Below are positions 1 through 9,674 of a stretch of 64,000 nt of DNA, one piece after another. This stretch comes from Bacillales bacterium UBA5026. GTDB taxonomy: Bacteria; Bacillota_I; Bacilli_A; RF39; UBA660. The stretch's first letter is position 1. The number at the start of each line of letters is the position of its first letter. The stretch spans positions 1,632 to 65,631 of the forward strand of contig DICM01000019.1 of NCBI GenBank assembly GCA_002416285.1. The letters are read 5' to 3'. Below the pieces are notes generated by a model that saw nothing but the letters and a program-made list of their open reading frames with translations, ran no database searches and was not told the DNA's origin. Position numbers and translations under genes: made by a program.

Positions 1-686
1 GTCATGATTTTGTTGCATATTTATATGATGACCAAAAATTAAATTCTTATCGACTAAATTTAAATATCAAATATGTAGATAGCCCAATTGTACGTGTTAT
101 TGATGATAGTATTCGGGTATCTTATTTGGAAACACCAATTGGGTTAAGCCTTTTTGGTAATTCATTAACGACAGGACTAAAAATAAAATTAGTAAACAAT
201 AAGAATCAAACTTTTAAGATTATTGAAGAGCATATTAAAGAAAATGATTTACAAAACTTAATTAGTATTAATAATTTTATGACTTTCCAAGAATACTTTA
301 GTAATGAAATTAATATAGCTACAACAATGACAGCAATTCTCATTTTAGCAATTGGCATTATACTTTCTATATACATTATTATATCATTGCAAGTAGCTTC
401 ATTGTATGTAAAAAGTGAACAACAGAAAGTTATCATTAAATATCTATTAGGATTTGAAAAAGAAGATATCTTTCGCTCTATTATCAATCACAATAGAATC
501 GAAAATATGACTGCATTTGTCCTTACATTATTGTTTTTAATATTGATTAGGCAATTAAATATAGTACTATTTTTAATATCTGTATCAGTCTTTATAATAA
601 TTGATTTTATTGTATTATTTTTAATTATAAAATTTTATCGTTTTTCTAAAATTTATGAGCAATTAAAAGGAGGAAATTATGATTAA
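1..686 (+). CDS. ABC transporter permease, FtsX-like, C-terminal part (5' end lies outside the window)
   Basis: The frame of listed ORF 126..686 stays open back to base 3 (HDFVAYLYDDQKLNSYRLNL...), so the listed TTG start is a window-edge artefact. The last ~120 aa show a TM / ~35-aa loop / 2 TM pattern. Stop TAA 684-686 overlaps ATG 679 of the ATPase gene. Confidence 0.6.
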   Translation, partial: HDFVAYLYDDQKLNSYRLNLNIKYVDSPIVRVIDDSIRVSYLETPIGLSLFGNSLTTGLKIKLVNNKNQTFKIIEEHIKENDLQNLISINNFMTFQEYFSNEINIATTMTAILILAIGIILSIYIIISLQVASLYVKSEQQKVIIKYLLGFEKEDIFRSIINHNRIENMTAFVLTLLFLILIRQLNIVLFLISVSVFIIIDFIVLFLIIKFYRFSKIYEQLKGGNYD

Positions 687-1332
687 AATAGAGTCTTTGA
701 CTAAATCATTTGGCGAGAAAAAAATATTTCAGGATTTTGATTATGAAATACCAGATCAAGCTATGATTGCCATTATTGGCCCAAGCGGGTGTGGAAAATC
801 AACACTATTAAATATGATAGGATTATTGGATTTAGATTACGATGGGAATATTCATTATGATGGAGAAATTATCTCTAAACAAAAAGAAAAAAATCGAATA
901 AAATATATTCGAAATAATATTAATTATTTATTTCAAAACTATGCTTTAATTGATGATGAAACAGTCGAATTTAATCTCTCGTTAGCGCTTACTTATGAAA
1001 CAATAGATAAAAAAACAAAAACAAATAAGATAAATGAAGTCCTAGAAAAAGTTGGGCTAGAAAGCTATAATAATAAAAAAATATATACCCTTAGTGGTGG
1101 AGAGCAACAACGGATTGCACTAGCTAGAGTAATGCTTAAAAAGGGGAATATTGTATTAGCTGATGAACCAACAGGGAATCTGGATGAAGAAAATAGTAAG
1201 CAAGTAATTCACATATTAAGGGAGTTACAAAAATTAGGAAAGACCATTATTGTCGTAACACATAGTATCGATGTTGCACAAGAATGTGATTTGATTGTTA
1301 ATTTAGAAGATGCTAGAATTCTAAAAAAATAG
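679..1332 (+). CDS. ABC transporter ATP-binding protein (MacB/LolD-like)
   Basis: Walker A GPSGCGKST, signature LSGGEQQR, Walker B VLADEPTGNLD, H-loop VTHS. Translationally coupled to the upstream permease. Confidence 0.9.
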   Translation: MIKIESLTKSFGEKKIFQDFDYEIPDQAMIAIIGPSGCGKSTLLNMIGLLDLDYDGNIHYDGEIISKQKEKNRIKYIRNNINYLFQNYALIDDETVEFNLSLALTYETIDKKTKTNKINEVLEKVGLESYNNKKIYTLSGGEQQRIALARVMLKKGNIVLADEPTGNLDEENSKQVIHILRELQKLGKTIIVVTHSIDVAQECDLIVNLEDARILKK

Positions 1333-1375
1333 TACAAGTTTCATAATTTGTCATATTTTTTTCGTAAAAAAAATA

Positions 1376-1404
1376 TTGACATGAAAAACAATATCCTCTA
1401 TAAT
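1376..1404 (+). promoter_or_regulatory. sigma-A type promoter, TTGACA-17 nt-TATAAT
   Basis: Perfect consensus hexamers at 1376-1381 and 1399-1404 with a 17-nt spacer, directly upstream of the T-box leader. Confidence 0.6.
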
Positions 1405-1410
1405 CTAACT

Positions 1411-1672
1411 ATCGACTATGAAAGAGAGAAGTATTATATATCACTATATACAAGCGAGTTAGAACTGGTGAGAGCTAACAATATACATATATAAGAAGAA
1501 CACTCTGGAGTTGCTTAAATGAAATTAGTAGTTTAAGCCGGCATGTAATCCGTTATCTTATTACTAGATTTTATTAGAAATCAATGAGAGATCATATTAA
1601 TGATAAATAGGGTGGTACCGCGGATACAAACAGTAATTCGTCCCTTTTGTGGGATGAGTTGCTGTTTTTTTT
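1411..1672 (+). promoter_or_regulatory. T-box leader (transcription attenuation riboswitch), probable Asn specifier
   Basis: AGAGA (GA/K-turn) motif near 1421. Distal stem GTTAG/CTAAC with a TGGTGAGAG loop. Conserved T-box core AGGGTGGTACCGCG at 1608-1622. Terminator hairpin followed by T8 at 1665-1672. Candidate specifier AAC (1499-1501) is followed by A and then CTCT, which pairs with the upstream AGAG. Confidence 0.75.
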
Positions 1673-1693
1673 GTACAAAAAGGAGGAATCAAT

Positions 1694-1987
1694 ATGAAGT
1701 TTACAAAGGAAGTTGTAAATGATTTAGCAGACAAATTATTAATTGGTCTGACAGAAGAAGAAAACAAGATGGTTTTAGATGAATTTGAAATTATCGATAA
1801 AAATATTAATCTCATTAATGAAATTGAAGGAATTGATGAAATTGAACCAATGACACATTGTCTTGACAATTTTGATTATGAACTTAGAGAAGATGAAGAA
1901 GAAGAATCTACTCCAATTGAAGATGCGTTAGCAAACTGTGACGATTATTTGGGTAGAGAAGTTAGAGTACCAAAGGTGGTGAAATAA
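1694..1987 (+). CDS. gatC: Asp-tRNA(Asn)/Glu-tRNA(Gln) amidotransferase subunit C
   Basis: 97 aa. RBS AGGAGG 8 nt upstream. Position and TAATG overlap with gatA. Typical GatC length and acidic C-terminal half. Confidence 0.85.
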   Translation: MKFTKEVVNDLADKLLIGLTEEENKMVLDEFEIIDKNINLINEIEGIDEIEPMTHCLDNFDYELREDEEEESTPIEDALANCDDYLGREVRVPKVVK

Positions 1988-3450
1988 TGAGTTATATGGA
2001 AAAAGGTATTGAGGAAATACATCAAGCATTAAAAGAAGGAAAAGTTACTTCCAAAGAATTAATTAAAGAAGCATTAGAAAAATCACATGAAGTGCAAGAA
2101 AAATACAATGCTTTTGTGACAATTTTAGATGATGCGAAAGAAGCAGAAGTCACGGATCATCTATTATCAGGAATACCATATGGTATTAAGGATAACTATA
2201 GTACAAAGGGAATTTTAAGTACTGGTTCAAGCAATACCCTAAAGGATTATATTCCATTCTTTACTGCAACCGCTATTGAAAAGTTAGAAAAAGAGGGTGC
2301 TATAGCAGTTAATAAAACCGTTTTAGATGAATTTGGAATGGGTGGAACGGGAACAACTGGACATACTGGTATTGTTAGGAATCCTTGGAATAGTAAAAGA
2401 ATGTGTGCAGGATCAAGTGCAGGTTCAGCATGTGCTGTAGCTGCTGGTGTGTATCCTTATGCAACTGGAAGTGATACTGGTGATTCTATTCGAAAGCCTG
2501 CAGCATACTGTGGAGTCGTCGGTTATAAACCAACTTATGGAATGATTTCTAGATATGGTTTATTTCCATTTGCCTCTAGTTTAGATCACTGTGGTGTAAT
2601 AACCAGATCAGTAAAAGATGCTGCTATTGTAGTAGATACAATGAAGGGAATCGATAAAAATGATATGACAACTTGGGACTCAAAAGACATTCATCTATAT
2701 GATTCCATTACTGGGGATATAAAAGGAAAAAAATTATGTACTATTAAGGAAATTTCAAATATTGAAACATATCCAAATGCTTCTCCTGAATTAAAAGAAC
2801 ATTTAGAAAATTTTAAAAAAGCATTGGATAAAGCGAAAGAGCTCGGAATGGAAGTTGAGGAAGTATCAATCGATACTAAATTATTAAATGCAGTTGCTTC
2901 TGTTTATGTAGTAATTTCATGCGCTGAAGCAACTTCTAACATGTCAAATTTAACAGGAATCATCTTTGGACCAAGAGGAGAGGGGAAAGACTATATCGAT
3001 ATGATGAAAGATTATCGTACTAAGGGTTTCTCTCCGCTAATTAAAAGACGTTTTGTAATTGGATCTTATGTTTTACAAGCAGCAAATAAGAATCGCTATT
3101 TCCATAATGCACAACGAGTAAGAAGATTATTAGTAGATGAATGGAATAAATTATTTGAAACTTATGATGCTGTAATCTTGCCAGTAGGAAGTGGACCAGC
3201 TAAACATTTAGACGGATCCAAAAACATACTAGATGAAAATACACAAATATTAGAAGAACATTTACAAATTGGAAATTTTGGTGGATTTCCCTCTATTACC
3301 ATCCCAGATGGATTTGTAGATGAACTTCCAGTTGGTCTCAATCTTACTGGGAAATGTTATGATGATGAGAATATATTAAATATTGCTTATGCTTTAGAAA
3401 GTAAAATGAATTATAAAAATCAAATAGCAAAGGAGGTTCATCATGGATAA
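1987..3450 (+). CDS. gatA: Asp-tRNA(Asn)/Glu-tRNA(Gln) amidotransferase subunit A
   Basis: Amidase signature GGTGTTGH...GSSAGSA...GSDTGDSIRKPA. 487 aa. Sits between gatC and gatB. Confidence 0.95.
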   Translation: MSYMEKGIEEIHQALKEGKVTSKELIKEALEKSHEVQEKYNAFVTILDDAKEAEVTDHLLSGIPYGIKDNYSTKGILSTGSSNTLKDYIPFFTATAIEKLEKEGAIAVNKTVLDEFGMGGTGTTGHTGIVRNPWNSKRMCAGSSAGSACAVAAGVYPYATGSDTGDSIRKPAAYCGVVGYKPTYGMISRYGLFPFASSLDHCGVITRSVKDAAIVVDTMKGIDKNDMTTWDSKDIHLYDSITGDIKGKKLCTIKEISNIETYPNASPELKEHLENFKKALDKAKELGMEVEEVSIDTKLLNAVASVYVVISCAEATSNMSNLTGIIFGPRGEGKDYIDMMKDYRTKGFSPLIKRRFVIGSYVLQAANKNRYFHNAQRVRRLLVDEWNKLFETYDAVILPVGSGPAKHLDGSKNILDENTQILEEHLQIGNFGGFPSITIPDGFVDELPVGLNLTGKCYDDENILNIAYALESKMNYKNQIAKEVHHG

Positions 3451-4903
3451 ATATAAAGTATTGATCGGATTAGAAATGCACTGTGAAATTAGTGAAACTA
3501 ACACAAAAGTATTTTCAGGGGCAAGAAATACCTTTAGTGAAGAACCAAACTCAAATATTAGACCAGTTGATATGGGATTTCCCGGAACTTTACCGGTAGT
3601 GAATAAAGAAGCAGTACGAAAAGCATTAATGGCGAGCATGATTTTAAATTGTCAACAGCCTGAGTATCTTTACTTTGAACGTAAAAATTACTACTATCCC
3701 GATTTACCCAAAGGATATCAGATTACTCAGGAAACAAAGCCAGCTCCCGTTGGTATCTATGGAAGTTTAACATTCGATTTTAATGGGCAAGAGAAAACGA
3801 TACGTATCAATAATATTCACTTAGAAGAAGATGCAGCCTCTACCGATCATTTTTCTTCATATTCAACAATCGACTATAACCGAGCGGGGGTTCCATTGTT
3901 AGAACTTGTCACCGAACCAGATCTGCATTCAGCAGAAGAAGCAGTCGCATTTTTGGAAACAATGAGATCAGTTTATCAATATGCAGGAATTAGTGAAGCT
4001 GACAGTAAAAAAGGACAGATTCGCTGTGATGTCAATGTTTCAATCATGGGATACGATTTAGATGAAATGGACCCAAACAATTGGGGAACGAAAATTGAAA
4101 TCAAGAATGTCAATTCTTTCGGTGGTGTCAGAGATGCAATTAATTATGAAATAGAACGTCAGATAGAAGCGAAAGAAAATGGGACTTATGATCAAATGGA
4201 ACAACAAACTCGTCGCTTTGACGAAGAAACAGGAACAACCATCTACATGAGAAGTAAGGTGGATGCGATTGATTATAAATATTTTGTAGAACCCAATATT
4301 CCAAAACTTAAGATTTCAAAAGACTGGTTAGAGAAAATTCGTAGTGAAATTCCCGAATTAGCTCCCGAGAGGAAACTAAAATATATGGAACAGTATGGAC
4401 TATCTGATTATGATGCGACAATCTTAGTAAAAGAGAAAAATGTTTCCGATTATTATGAACAAACAATTAAAGACAATGTCGATCCAAAAGAAGTATCCAA
4501 TTGGATTACTAGTATCGTACTTGGGTATTTAAATAAAAATAATCTGCTAATTGAAACATTCTTCCTTACTCCGAAAATGCTTTCAAGTTTAATTCAGCTT
4601 GTCAATGAGGGAAAGATATCATCAAAACAGGCAAAAGAGGTATTCTACAAATCTTTAGAAGAAGAAAAAGAGCCAATAAAAATCGTGGAAGCATCAGGAA
4701 TGAAACAAATTGGGTCAAGTGATGAAATCTTAAAGGTAATTGAGGAAGTATTAACAGAACAACCACAAGGAGTTGAACAATATAAAGCAGGTAGAACTAA
4801 TATTGTAGATTTCCTAGTTGGACAAGTTATGAAAAAAACAAAAGGGCAAGCTAATCCTGCTATGGCTCGTAGCATGATGATTGAAGAAATTGAGAAAAGA
4901 TAA
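3443..4903 (+). CDS. gatB: Asp-tRNA(Asn)/Glu-tRNA(Gln) amidotransferase subunit B
   Basis: N-terminus KVLIGLEMHCEI, RKNYYYPDLPKGYQITQ, HLEEDA. C-terminal YqeY-like tail GQVMKKTKGQANP. Confidence 0.95.
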   Translation: MDKYKVLIGLEMHCEISETNTKVFSGARNTFSEEPNSNIRPVDMGFPGTLPVVNKEAVRKALMASMILNCQQPEYLYFERKNYYYPDLPKGYQITQETKPAPVGIYGSLTFDFNGQEKTIRINNIHLEEDAASTDHFSSYSTIDYNRAGVPLLELVTEPDLHSAEEAVAFLETMRSVYQYAGISEADSKKGQIRCDVNVSIMGYDLDEMDPNNWGTKIEIKNVNSFGGVRDAINYEIERQIEAKENGTYDQMEQQTRRFDEETGTTIYMRSKVDAIDYKYFVEPNIPKLKISKDWLEKIRSEIPELAPERKLKYMEQYGLSDYDATILVKEKNVSDYYEQTIKDNVDPKEVSNWITSIVLGYLNKNNLLIETFFLTPKMLSSLIQLVNEGKISSKQAKEVFYKSLEEEKEPIKIVEASGMKQIGSSDEILKVIEEVLTEQPQGVEQYKAGRTNIVDFLVGQVMKKTKGQANPAMARSMMIEEIEKR

Positions 4904-4913
4904 AGGAGAATTT

Positions 4914-6653
4914 ATGACAGATAAATATCGTACAGCATACCCAGGAAAAGTTGATGAAGCATTTATTGGAAAAGATATCATGCTAGCAGGATGGGTAGAA
5001 AATATTCGCGACCATGGTGGAGTTATCTTCGTTGACTTGAGAGATGAAACAGGGGTTATGCAGTTAGTAAGTAATGATGATTCGATTTTTAATGGGTTAT
5101 CCAAAGAATCAACAATTACGATCAAAGGAATGGTAAGAAAAAGAGATGAGGATGACTATAATCCCAATATTTCAACAGGTACTATCGAAGTATTAATTAG
5201 TACACTTAAGATATTAGGTAAAGCTGTGAATGTCCTTCCTTTTGATATTAAAATTTCTCATGAGGTGAATGAAGAATTAAGATTAAAATATCGCTATTTA
5301 GATTTAAGAAATAAAAAAGTACACGATAATATTGTTTTTCGAAGTACATTATTAAAATTCTTAAGAAACAAAATGGATCAATTGAAATTTACTGAGGTCC
5401 AAACACCCATTATTTCTGCTTCCTCACCAGAGGGAGCTCGCGATTTTTTAATTCCATCTAGAAAATACAAGGGAAAATTCTATGCATTACCACAAGCACC
5501 ACAGATTTACAAACAGTTACTAATGGTATCTGGATTTGATAGATATTATCAAATTGCACCGTGTTTTCGTGATGAGGATGGCAGAAGTGATCGAAGTCTA
5601 GAATTTTATCAATTAGATTTTGAAATGAGTTTTGCAACCGAAGAAGATGTCTATCAGATTGGTGAGGAAATCTTCTATGATACTTTTAAGACATTAGGAG
5701 AAAAAGAAGTAAGCCCAAGACCATTTCGTAGGATATCCTATAAAGAATCGATGTTGAAATATGGAACAGATAAACCTGATTTAAGAAATCCATTAGAAAT
5801 TATAGATATAAGTTCGATTTTTACAGAGTCAGAATTTAAGCCATTTAGAGGGAGTACCGTTCGAGCAATTAAAATAGATGGAATCGCAGATAGATCGAAC
5901 TCATGGTTTAATGGAATTGTAGATTATGCTTCCAGTATTGGAATGCCAGGAATAGGATATGTTACTTATTTGGAAGATGGCACTTTTAAAGGACCAATTG
6001 ATAAATTTTTAACTGCTGAAGAAAGAACTAATATGATTAAAGTAGCTAAGTTAACTGCTAACAGTGTATTGTTCTTTATTGCATCTAGAGATGAAAAAAT
6101 AGCAGTAAAACAAGCAGGAATGATCCGTACATTTCTAGGAAATAAATTAGAATTAATTGATAAAAATAAATTTGAATTTTGTATTATTAATGATTTCCCA
6201 ATGTACGAATTAAACGACGATGGTAAATTTGATTTTAGTCATAATCCATTTAGTATGCCAAAAGGTGGAATGGATGCTCTAAATAATGATGAAATTGAAA
6301 ACATTATTGCCTATCAATATGATTTTGTATGCAATGGATATGAAATGGCAAGTGGAGCTGTTCGCAATCATGACATTGAAATTATGAAGCGAGTCTTTGC
6401 GATTGCAGGATATAGTGAAGAAGAAGTAAAAGAAAGATTTAAATCTCTTTACACTGCATTTCAATATGGTGTACCTCCACATGCTGGTATGGCACCTGGT
6501 ATTGATCGTATGGAGATGCTACTTAGGGATGAACCAAATCTAAGAGAAGTACAAGCATTCCCTGTGAGTGTAAGTGGTATTGATCAACTAATGGGAAGTC
6601 CTTGTGAAGTTAGTGAAGAACAACTTCGGGAAATACATCTAAAAGTAAGATAA
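4914..6653 (+). CDS. aspS: aspartate--tRNA ligase (bacterial type)
   Basis: Class II motifs FYALPQAPQIYKQLLM, QIAPCFRDED, GYEMASGAVRNH, PPHAGMAPGIDR. ATG 4914 preceded by AAAGGAG is preferred over the listed TTG 4881, which lies inside gatB. Confidence 0.95.
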   Translation: MTDKYRTAYPGKVDEAFIGKDIMLAGWVENIRDHGGVIFVDLRDETGVMQLVSNDDSIFNGLSKESTITIKGMVRKRDEDDYNPNISTGTIEVLISTLKILGKAVNVLPFDIKISHEVNEELRLKYRYLDLRNKKVHDNIVFRSTLLKFLRNKMDQLKFTEVQTPIISASSPEGARDFLIPSRKYKGKFYALPQAPQIYKQLLMVSGFDRYYQIAPCFRDEDGRSDRSLEFYQLDFEMSFATEEDVYQIGEEIFYDTFKTLGEKEVSPRPFRRISYKESMLKYGTDKPDLRNPLEIIDISSIFTESEFKPFRGSTVRAIKIDGIADRSNSWFNGIVDYASSIGMPGIGYVTYLEDGTFKGPIDKFLTAEERTNMIKVAKLTANSVLFFIASRDEKIAVKQAGMIRTFLGNKLELIDKNKFEFCIINDFPMYELNDDGKFDFSHNPFSMPKGGMDALNNDEIENIIAYQYDFVCNGYEMASGAVRNHDIEIMKRVFAIAGYSEEEVKERFKSLYTAFQYGVPPHAGMAPGIDRMEMLLRDEPNLREVQAFPVSVSGIDQLMGSPCEVSEEQLREIHLKVR

Positions 6654-6814
6654 TACTATACAGTATTATTTTTTGTTTTAAATACTTTTAGATTAATTAG
6701 GAGAATAACAATTAAAACATAACTTTTCAAAAAATGTTGATTTATGTTCAGAAAAGTAGTATTCTTAAATTGTACAGGTGATAGCTATTAGCACTATGTA
6801 AAGGAGGAGAAAGA

Positions 6815-7228
6815 ATGAAAAAAAATGTAGTTTTTGCTTTGCTTGGTATTTTTGCTGTGTTGGGGTCAATAGGTTATGTAAAAGCTCATGGGCAATCATC
6901 ATTAATATCATTTACGCTGCCACTCTATGGAGGAAAATTATATAATTCAAATGTGGGTGTTATGAAGGATTCAAATGATGATTATAGTACATTTACAACA
7001 GTATATACAAAAACATCTTTAAAACCTCAAGGAATTCTAGCAACTAATGAGCACGATCCTAGAAGTGAGTGGACAACATTGCGTGAAAGTAGTGTTTCCT
7101 ATGCAAAAAACGACGCTAAGACAGTTAAAGGAAAAGTATATTATTCAGGAGCAAAATCCCATAATTTTGAACCTACTGATCAAACACTAGTAAAATATTA
7201 TTTTAGTCCTGATGACTTTAGATCTTGA
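6815..7228 (+). CDS. small secreted protein, unknown function
   Basis: RBS AAGGAGGAG. Sec-type signal MKKNVVFALLGIFAVLGSIGYVKA|HG. No recognisable domain. Confidence 0.55.
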   Translation: MKKNVVFALLGIFAVLGSIGYVKAHGQSSLISFTLPLYGGKLYNSNVGVMKDSNDDYSTFTTVYTKTSLKPQGILATNEHDPRSEWTTLRESSVSYAKNDAKTVKGKVYYSGAKSHNFEPTDQTLVKYYFSPDDFRS

Positions 7229-8046
7229 TAATTAATCATTGGAAAAAAATAGCAATACCATGTATTACAGTTTTTGTAATATATGGTATTGTTTCTAGTG
7301 TTTATCAGGAATTTAACTATCATGCATTTGAGCATCATTTAACATTAGGAATGGACGTATTTTATAGGATACAGCAACCCGGGCTACATATATGGTATTT
7401 TCTTATATTAAGTTGTACAATTCCGATTGTTAGTTCTTTAACTTATTTTGTTGCAAGAAAGTCAAAACATCAAAATTATATTATTTGCAGAATTGGTTAT
7501 AAGAATTACGTAAAGAAGAATATTATTTCTATTTTTATTTTTACTTTTTTCTTTCGTTTATTCTGCAGCGTTGTCCTTTTACTAATTATAAATTTTTTCT
7601 TTAGCCCAATTCACTTTGTGAATGGTTCTGTAATATATGAGCCTACAATTTATGCTTACTCTAATAATATGTTAATATCCTTATTAACTTATTTATTATA
7701 TTCGTGTTTAGGAACAGCTATTTTTGGAATATTCATTTATAGTCTTGGTTATTTCATCAAAAACTTATATTTATATTTAGTTACAGGTTTATTATGTGCA
7801 ATTATAGGTATTGTTGGAGTATCGTTATTTATGGGAGTATTGGGCTTTTTACCCGAGGTTCTCACAAATATCATTGGAGCTATGTTCTTTTCCGAGACTC
7901 TATTAGTTCCTGGAGTAGAACTGATAGGGACTATTGATAGCTATTTTAATTGTCACATTATTTTCTTGATTACGTCTTTTGGATATACACTACTTACGAT
8001 AATTCTTCTTCATTTTGGTATCTCTAAGGAGTATCGTCGTGGGTAA
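7225..8046 (+). CDS. polytopic membrane protein (candidate permease of the adjacent ABC ATPase)
   Basis: About 6-7 hydrophobic spans. Start overlaps the stop of 6815..7228. No recognisable motif. Confidence 0.45.
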   Translation: MIINHWKKIAIPCITVFVIYGIVSSVYQEFNYHAFEHHLTLGMDVFYRIQQPGLHIWYFLILSCTIPIVSSLTYFVARKSKHQNYIICRIGYKNYVKKNIISIFIFTFFFRLFCSVVLLLIINFFFSPIHFVNGSVIYEPTIYAYSNNMLISLLTYLLYSCLGTAIFGIFIYSLGYFIKNLYLYLVTGLLCAIIGIVGVSLFMGVLGFLPEVLTNIIGAMFFSETLLVPGVELIGTIDSYFNCHIIFLITSFGYTLLTIILLHFGISKEYRRG

Positions 8047-8542
8047 ACTATTTTTAAAAAGTATTTCCAAGGTAAATTTTGCTGTTCTTATTGTTGGAAC
8101 AATGGTGTTATTGCAATTAGTTAATCTTGATAGCGATATTTTAACGATTTCCTATATCAATAATTACATCCCACTAATATTAAACAATATTTATATTTGG
8201 ATAATATATGAAAGAATTAATCGAATTAATTTAGTTTACGATAAAATTGTATGTCGTATTTCTAAAGATAAACTGACGATAGGATATTTTTTCTATGTGG
8301 TTATCACAATTATTCTTTATCATATATTAATTTATGGTTCTGTTATTTTAAAAATCGGGTTTCAATCTTCCGAATTACGACCATTCTTATTCTTTTTGTT
8401 TCTTAATTTTTCCTCACTTTTTATACAGGAGTTAATCAGTTCATTTATGGTCGGAAATTGTAGATTAAATAAAATTGTTGTAATTCCAGTTTTAATTAAT
8501 TTGATATTTCATTATGTTATAATTCCAGGATTAACAAATTAA
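8039..8542 (+). CDS. polytopic membrane protein
   Basis: GTG 8039 lies 7 nt after AAGGAG (8026-8031) and is preferred over the listed upstream start 8015. About 5 hydrophobic spans. Confidence 0.45.
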   Translation: MGKLFLKSISKVNFAVLIVGTMVLLQLVNLDSDILTISYINNYIPLILNNIYIWIIYERINRINLVYDKIVCRISKDKLTIGYFFYVVITIILYHILIYGSVILKIGFQSSELRPFLFFLFLNFSSLFIQELISSFMVGNCRLNKIVVIPVLINLIFHYVIIPGLTN

Positions 8543-8564
8543 TTTTATAGAAGAGGTGTTTCAT

Positions 8565-9170
8565 ATGATTGAATTAAAAAATATATCAAAAAAATTTGGA
8601 AAACATACTATTTTTGAAAATGTTAATTTAAAAATAAAAGAAGGACAGTTAATTCATTTGCAAGGAATTAATGGAAGTGGAAAATCTACCTTATTTAAAA
8701 TTATTTGTGATATTATGGAGCCAACATCTGGCGAAGTAGTGAAAAGAAAAGATTTACACATTGGAGCAGTAATTGAAAATTCGGGGTTTATTGAAAATGA
8801 GAATTTGGAATTTAATTTAAAATATTTATATAATTTAAAAAATAAATTTAACGAGCAAAAGGTAAAAAAATTATGTTCTAATTTTCATCTAGATCTATAT
8901 AGCAAAGAAAAATTAAAAAATTATTCTGTTGGAATGAGACAGAAGGTTGCTATTATCCAAGCGGTTATGGAAGATCAAGCTTTGATTTTACTGGATGAGC
9001 CAACAAGAGGGATTGATCAAGAGGGAATTATATCATTTTATGAACTATTAAAGTTATTAAAAGAAGAAAATAAAACGATTATTATTGCATCACATGATTT
9101 AGAAAAAGAATTGCCATTTGATTTATTTTTAAAGCTAGAGAATCAGAAATTGATATGCGAAAAGAACTAA
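8565..9170 (+). CDS. ABC transporter ATP-binding protein (ABC-2/immunity-type)
   Basis: Walker A GINGSGKST, divergent signature YSVGMRQK, Walker B LILLDEPTRGID, H-loop ASHD. ATG 8565 follows AGAGGTG. Confidence 0.85.
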   Translation: MIELKNISKKFGKHTIFENVNLKIKEGQLIHLQGINGSGKSTLFKIICDIMEPTSGEVVKRKDLHIGAVIENSGFIENENLEFNLKYLYNLKNKFNEQKVKKLCSNFHLDLYSKEKLKNYSVGMRQKVAIIQAVMEDQALILLDEPTRGIDQEGIISFYELLKLLKEENKTIIIASHDLEKELPFDLFLKLENQKLICEKN

Positions 9171-9640
9171 AACAATTTTTCAAATGGGGAATATACTTTT
9201 CTATATTAGGTTTTCTTTTATTATATATAAGTAAAGGAGGACCAGAATTCTATTTTCGTATAAAATATGGAATATCAAAAAGAAGTATTGAGATAATGTG
9301 GAGCATATTATTTTCTTTTTCATTTCTAGAATATTTTTTTGACTGTTTTTATTTTTACGTTCTCAGTAGAAATCAGATTATTGTTCGGATAGGTAGAATT
9401 GCTTATTATCGATTGATTCAAAAACGTATTTTTCTTTGTGGCTTGTTTTTTCTGGTTTTTAATTTAATACTAGATTTTTTTATTATTGAAAGTAGCCATT
9501 TAGATTATTTACTAGGAACAACCATGTTTATGATTATTCTGTTTCTTTTGTTGCCCAAGAGAAGAGAGTACACAATGGAATTACTAATATCCTTAATACT
9601 ATCTTTTGTCGTTAGGTTAATGTTGTATCATTTATTTTAG
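9155..9640 (+). CDS. membrane protein, unknown function
   Basis: Start overlaps the end of the ATPase gene. About 4-5 hydrophobic spans. Confidence 0.45.
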   Translation: MRKELKQFFKWGIYFSILGFLLLYISKGGPEFYFRIKYGISKRSIEIMWSILFSFSFLEYFFDCFYFYVLSRNQIIVRIGRIAYYRLIQKRIFLCGLFFLVFNLILDFFIIESSHLDYLLGTTMFMIILFLLLPKRREYTMELLISLILSFVVRLMLYHLF

Positions 9641-9674
9641 ACGTATTGAAAAAGGAACAGGATAATTGTTCCTT

